The notes below the pieces were generated by a model that did not search any database, was not told the DNA's origin, and saw nothing but the letters and a program-made list of their open reading frames with translations. A stretch of 64,000 nucleotides of DNA from Eledone cirrhosa (Eukaryota). Made by a program: the position numbers and the translations under genes. Numbering within the stretch: the stretch's first letter is position 1; each line of letters starts with the position of its first letter. Location: positions 247,938,001 to 248,002,000 of the forward strand of contig OZ024742.1 in assembly GCA_964016885.1 (NCBI GenBank). Direction: 5' to 3'. This document shows, piece after piece, positions 57,435 to 64,000 of this stretch.

Positions 57435-57463
57435 ACATGGAACTCATTTAACCATCTTTTGAT

Positions 57464-57515
<52 letters not shown>

Positions 57516-57724
57516 TGTGTGTGTGTATATGTGTGTATAGGTGTATGAATGTGTATATATGAGTACGTGCACATGTATGAGGAGTGTACATATACTTACT
57601 CACACAAGTGTGTGTATATATATATATGTGTATGTGTGTGTGTTGTATATGTGTATATATATATATATTTATATAAATGAAATAACAGGAGGCTGGACTG
57701 GTGTAAATCATTGAAAGATTTATT

Positions 57725-57782
57725 ATACTATGATCATTTCAATGAACGGGTTCCATATGAATCCGGTGATATCATCAGGTAT
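57725..57782 (-). ncRNA. Type-I hammerhead ribozyme
   Basis: ATAC-CTGATGA-tATcACCGGATTC..GAACCCGTTCATt-GAAA-TGATCA-TA-GTAT. Confidence 0.75.
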
Positions 57783-57973
57783 TGGAATATAACAAAGGAA
57801 TATGTAAAAAGCCATGGGTCCGAACAATCAGAGACAGAGGGAACGGCTGACCGACTAGCCCAGCGCTCAGCCAATCGCCCTCAAAGTGTTGGCAACCGAA
57901 AAACTACCAATGGATATCTGGTGAGGGGGCGAAGGCTTACAATGTGCTACCACTACTCCGTCAAAGTAGAAGG

Positions 57974-58006
<33 letters not shown>

Positions 58007-59556
58007 GGAGAAAGAAGTGTAGTGTAAGGGTCAAACTACATTCATGTTAGAAAATGCCGCGAAAAAATGCTACCCAAAGAATCCATAATGTGTGTCTGTA
58101 TGGTCTAATGTGTGAACCGAAGATTGGAACGTTAAATTTATGTTGCAAGTTATAGGATGAAATTAAATTAAATTAAAAATATTAAATTGCAAAATGGTAA
58201 ATTGAAAAATAGAGGTAGCGAGATTTATTTATTTAATGAAATTACGGAGAGAGTCTTATATGAAAACAAAATGTTTAGATATTAGGATGGGATATAGAGT
58301 AAAGATTTCGATTGGGAGACCCAGCCAGCACACCTACCACCATGAGTCAGCCAGTCTCGAGTGGTATCGTCAAGCGAAAGAAATGGAAATTAATTTTTCC
58401 GAGTACTCTAGGAACGTAGCTAACTTTGGCCCCGGGATCGCTAGCGGGAACTTCACAATTTCGACAGGCCATCGTCTATACCACGAATACTATTAAATCA
58501 CACATTAGGGGTTTATTCCCGTGTCAGTGGAGGCATGACATAGCTAATAGTCATGCCCAAACATGCCAACCGCTCCGATTAATTTCATTTACCGAAAGAG
58601 GAGAAATTTATTTTTCCGAGCACTCAAGGAAGGCTGAACTTTCCGAGTGCCCAGCGCGCAGCCGGGAAAGGTCACCGCACAAGTCGAAGATAACAACCCA
58701 GTGAAAAGTGCAAATAGACCAAAATTATTTTAAAGTCCCAGTTAGTCCGGGTTATAGGTAGTGTGGATCTTAGGTGGGTAGGGGGCTATGAAAGGTGCAT
58801 AATGACCTGAGTAAGGAAAAGTTACCAAAAAATACTAAAAAATATGAAAAAATAATATAAAGATAGAATACATTGATGAAAATACATTAATAAAATAATA
58901 AAAAATAATAAAATATACATTAATGAGATAGAAAAAAATTAATAAAGGTAAATAAGAATCAATATAGATCAAGTTGTAGTAAGATAATACAAGTTGTACA
59001 TATAGAAATAGATATAGAGGATGGAGGAGATGGAATGGTAACAGGTTGTACCTAGTGCAAAGTTCAGTGCGAGTCACAAAAAGTCCTGAGGTATAGAGTA
59101 GAGAATTCAGTCCATACAATACATGTTTTAGTATAATACGTAGAGTTTTGTCGTAATCGGAATCATCCCGACAAGGAAAGTAGTATCAGGTGGCGGTAGA
59201 TAAGGGGCACAGCAGCCAAAATCCGTATGGTAAGTAGATCAGTTAATCCCATGCTGGTAATAGCTGTACACTGAAGTCAGTGCCGCTGTTCAATATTACA
59301 TTTTGAAGTTCTCAACATTATAGGAGCATTATTTCTTTAGGTTTGTTGGTTCACCACTGGATAGAACTGGTCATTCCGTATGTTCAATGCTGGTGTAATA
59401 TTGTGAAGAGTACTCAACGCAGTGCACTTCACCCATCTTCGTTTGTGTAGTTGGTGGTGCGAATGCGGAGTTAATTATAAATGAAATAACAGGAGGCTGG
59501 ACTGGTGTAAATCCTTCGGACCCACGGCTTTTTACATATTCCTTTGTTATATTCCA

Positions 59557-59614
59557 ATACCTGATGATATCACCGGATTCATATAGAACCCGGTCATTGA
59601 AATGAGCATAGTAT
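59557..59614 (+). ncRNA. Type-I hammerhead ribozyme
   Basis: ATAC-CTGATGA-tATcACCGGaTTC atata GAAcCCGGTcATt-GAAA-TGAGCA-TA-GTAT. Confidence 0.78.
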
Positions 59615-59916
59615 AATAAACCTTTCAAGGATTTACACCAGTCCAGCCTCCTGTTATTTCATTTATAATTAACTCCGTATTCGCACCACCAACTACACAA
59701 ATGAAGATGGGTGAACTGCATTGCGTTGAGTACTCTTCACAATATTACACCAGGATTGACCATACGGAATGACCAGTTCTATCCAGTGGTGAACCAACAG
59801 ACCTAAAGATATATATTTATATATATATGTATATACATATATATATATATTGGTAAACGGAAAAGAAAATGCTGACAAATTGTTGCAAGTGAAAAATATA
59901 TATATATGTGTATATA

Positions 59917-59952
<36 letters not shown>

Positions 59953-60064
59953 TGTATGTATGTATGTATGTATGTATGTATGTATGTATGTATGTATGTA
60001 GGTATGTATGTATGTATGTGTGTGTATATATGTATGTACATGTGTATATATGTATATATGTATG

Positions 60065-60097
<33 letters not shown>

Positions 60098-60110
60098 GTT
60101 TATATATGTG

Positions 60111-60147
<37 letters not shown>

Positions 60148-61342
60148 ATGTGTATGCGTATATGTATATATGAGGGTATAGATGTGTATGCGTGGATATA
60201 GATGTGTATCGATATGTATATATATGATTATATGCATGCGTGTGGATGTGTATTTAGGTTTGCATCTATTTGCACGTATGTATATTTTGGTCAGATATCA
60301 ATATGGTACCTCTCTCTATATGTAGTGTGAATATATGCACTTTTTAGACTATGAAATTTATGTGTTTTAAGTATGCCAACATGTACTTATCTGAGTTTGA
60401 ATGTTTATGCATAAACATACTTAGTAATATATTAGTGCGTATATGTTATATTATACTGAGTGCAATTTACCACACCGTACTATATTGTGTTGGTTAAGTT
60501 GTATATTATCGGATTACTATATCTCATTATCTTATTATAATTTTCATCTTTTAATATACTATCTTTCCTAGCCATAACATTAATTTATATTCACCTTAAA
60601 ACTCAATACAACACTAATCACCATTTATTTTGACATTCCTTTTAAATTCACTGTACAAGATACATTCAACTATCAGTTTGACAATCCCCTTCCTTCCTAA
60701 TAGATTTTTATGTCATTTCTACTCTCAACTATTCCTTTCAAAGGGTCATGACCTCAACTAAAGTGTATTACTTTTCATCTTAACACCATATGATAAAACA
60801 ATTTGATTCGTTAGTTCTTCAACTACCTCCAAATATGGACATGATACTAATTCTGAGTAAAATTATTATTGAATGAAATTAGTATTGCTTTTGAAAAGAG
60901 TTGATGATATGCATGTAAGTAAAAATTCTCTCTATCCGATAGTTTGTAAATTTACATAGATCAATAACTGAGTATAGATACAATGTATTATCACCATCTA
61001 GAAACGATCGTAAAGCAGTGAAGTGTATCTCTAATGACTTGATTTTTTATTTCATTGTTTTAACTTATATCATGATTCTGTTTTCCTTTTAATGTGTTAT
61101 TGTTTTGTGAGATTTATCTTAACCTACAACATTTTCAACATCTGGATTACATTGAGTTCTTCATACAGAATAGACCCTACAACTTACAGTGGATACCTCT
61201 GTGTGTATATATATATATATATGGTTCATTGATTACTCAATGAATCTAGTTTTACAATTGATTAAAAGCACAGTACAAAGAAGTTTTCTGGAGTTTATTC
61301 AAAATATTAGTAAATGAAGACATTCACATAATCAAAATATAT

Positions 61343-61406
61343 GTTTTATTATATATATTTCGAAGGTACTGTGCTGTTTTTTCAGTACGTCCTCTTCAGA
61401 TAAAAT
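61343..61406 (-). ncRNA. Type-I hammerhead ribozyme
   Basis: ATTTTAT-CTGAAGA-GGAcGTACTG..CAGTACcTTC-GAAA-TATATA-TA-ATAAAAC. Confidence 0.85.
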
Positions 61407-61511
61407 ACATGAGTTGATGTATGACATACCTCAACTGTCTTGATGGTACAATTGCCAATACTGGAATCGAACCATCAAGACAGTTGAGGTATTTCATACA
61501 TCAATTCATGT

Positions 61512-61576
61512 ATTTTATCTGACGAGAACGTACTGAAAAAAACAGCACAGTACCTTCGAAATATATATAATAAAAC
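61512..61576 (+). ncRNA. Type-I hammerhead ribozyme
   Basis: ATTTTAT-CTGACGA-GAAcGTACTG..CAGTACcTTC-GAAA-TATATA-TA-ATAAAAC. Confidence 0.85.
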
Positions 61577-62046
61577 ATATATTTTGATTATGTGAATATC
61601 TTCATTTATTAATATTTTGAATAATATATATATATATATAAAGTTGCCATATAAGAATCTAAATACAGTCATCTCCATTTCGCTCAATGGAAATTAGATT
61701 CGACAATATCGTATTCCAGAGACTACACATAGTATGATATTACGGCAAAAACAACGATTAAAGTTTGTTATACATATGACAAGTCAGAACATAAAATTAA
61801 TACTTACATTACTAAGTACAGATACACAGCTGTTTCAAATCATAAAGAAAAACTTATGATAATTATCATATTAAAAATACACATGATAATTAACAAATAA
61901 AAGAAATAGGTATATTTTCTTACTACTACAAAATGTAAACTATCCATTTGGATATCAGATACAAACTACCCTTGTATGTGTCATGAAATTAACGAAGTAA
62001 CATCATGCTGGAATAATGATAATAATAATAATAATAATAATAATAA

Positions 62047-62290
62047 TTTGTTCTACTTTTGGCAGCAAATATTCAGTGTATTACTGGTACTTTATTTTTA
62101 TCGACCCCATCAGGATGAAAGGCAAAGTTAACCTCGGCGGTTAATAATAATAATAATAATAATGATTTCTAGTATAGGCACAAGGCCAGTAATCTGGGGG
62201 CATGGGAAAGTCGATTAAATCAACCTCAGTACGTTACTGGTAGTTTATTTTTTCGACTCCGCAATGATGAAAGGCAAAGTTAAACTCGGC

Positions 62291-62293
<3 letters not shown>
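62047..62293 (-). mobile_element. Two truncated Meta-type SINEs
   Basis: tttatcgaccccatcaggatgaaaggcaaagttaacctcggcgg, plus a second copy cut off by (TA)n. Confidence 0.8.
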
Positions 62294-63156
<863 letters not shown>

Positions 63157-64000
63157 TAGTAATTGGACGGTAAAACCAATAATGCATTCGTTCATTCTTA
63201 GAACTTAGATTTGCATTTTACATTACTGAGGTATTGCTTGAAAGTTTCTACACCAACAACAGAAATAGTGGCTTCGACAGGATTGAAATCACCTTGCGAT
63301 GTTCACCTGTTAGAAATTTACCTGTTGTGGAAAACTCATCAACATTTCAGTTTTTATCAATATCGGTAAAAATACAAAACACAATTTGTTGAATTGAATC
63401 TATCCATTTTTAATTGGCGATTATTTGAATATACATGTCACTCTGTTTCCAAAACCCACAGCAGGGACATTGAGAAATAACTAAAAAACAAAAGGCATGT
63501 TTAAGTACTCTTTCCTGAACGTTTAAAATGTGTCGAATTGTACAAACATACCTCGGGCTTGGTGTCAATTAAATATACCAGAATTATGTTATGCTTAATA
63601 AAATACACCTCCGCATGGCAACATTACTCTCGGTGTATAACAGAGGCAAACCAGTCTATGTGTTTAAAATCATATAAAATGTTTATAAAAATATATTTTA
63701 CATCAACAATTAAATTCCTAAAAAATAATTAATTCTATGGATTAGATACATTCTAGATTGTTCTGGAATGAAATTAGACTCGTTGATTTTCTAATTGTTT
63801 GCCAAAGGGGATTGTTCACTGTACTAGAGCCACAAATCTCCGAGTTCATGTTATGTGGAGTATGTAGCTCCAAACGGTATATATTGCATTTAAACTTTCA
63901 CTGGATTGGGGACATTTTGTTAGGTTTATTTACGTACAGTTTTCGAACAAAGTAAATTTAATTGTCAATGAAATAAAACGTTAAACAGCATATCGTATGA

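Larger units (their letters stand above)
56225..57466 (+). mobile_element. 3' fragment of a Hydra-clade-like PLE between (TA)n tracts
   Basis: EN C-terminus remnant, long AT-rich 3' UTR, HHR, then (TA)n. Confidence 0.75.
57672..59808 (-). mobile_element. Non-coding HHR element: 1804-bp unit with partial tandem repeat and inverted terminal segment, in (TA)n
   Basis: tataaatgaaataacaggagg..gtaaatc at 57672 and 59476. Palindrome 59335-59516 / 59627-59808. 59515-59667 is an inverted copy of 57672-57824. Confidence 0.85.
61223..61624. mobile_element. Fold-back element with an HHR on each arm, between (TA)n tracts
   Basis: Arms 61295-61447 and 61471-61624. The left arm has ~70 extra terminal nt. 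Confidence 0.9.

Overview
AT-rich, microsatellite-dense eukaryotic DNA with no host gene I can support. The SINE, LINE and microsatellite content suggests an octopus or other cephalopod (inference). The window holds a Penelope-like retroelement (PLE) with an intact 863-aa RT + GIY-YIG ORF, fragments of two other PLEs, a full-length but frameshifted Tx1-clade LINE sitting in (TATC)n, many Meta/CORE-type tRNA-SINEs, a hAT MITE with an 8-bp TSD, a DD37D (maT) remnant and an ACA-rich minisatellite. The main hidden signal is about 14 minimal type-I hammerhead ribozymes (HHRs): 9 with canonical cores and 5 variant, plus some half or degenerate motifs. Nearly all point toward a (TA)n tract 15-230 nt downstream. 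They are carried by non-coding elements inserted in (TA)n: a 467-nt retrozyme-like unit, a 1.8-kb unit and several tail-out fold-back palindromes. There are also inverted duplications of flanking DNA centred on (TA)n. Together these suggest a PLE-driven, (TA)n-targeted, palindrome-generating retrozyme system. All alignments and folds were done by eye, so boundaries are approximate.
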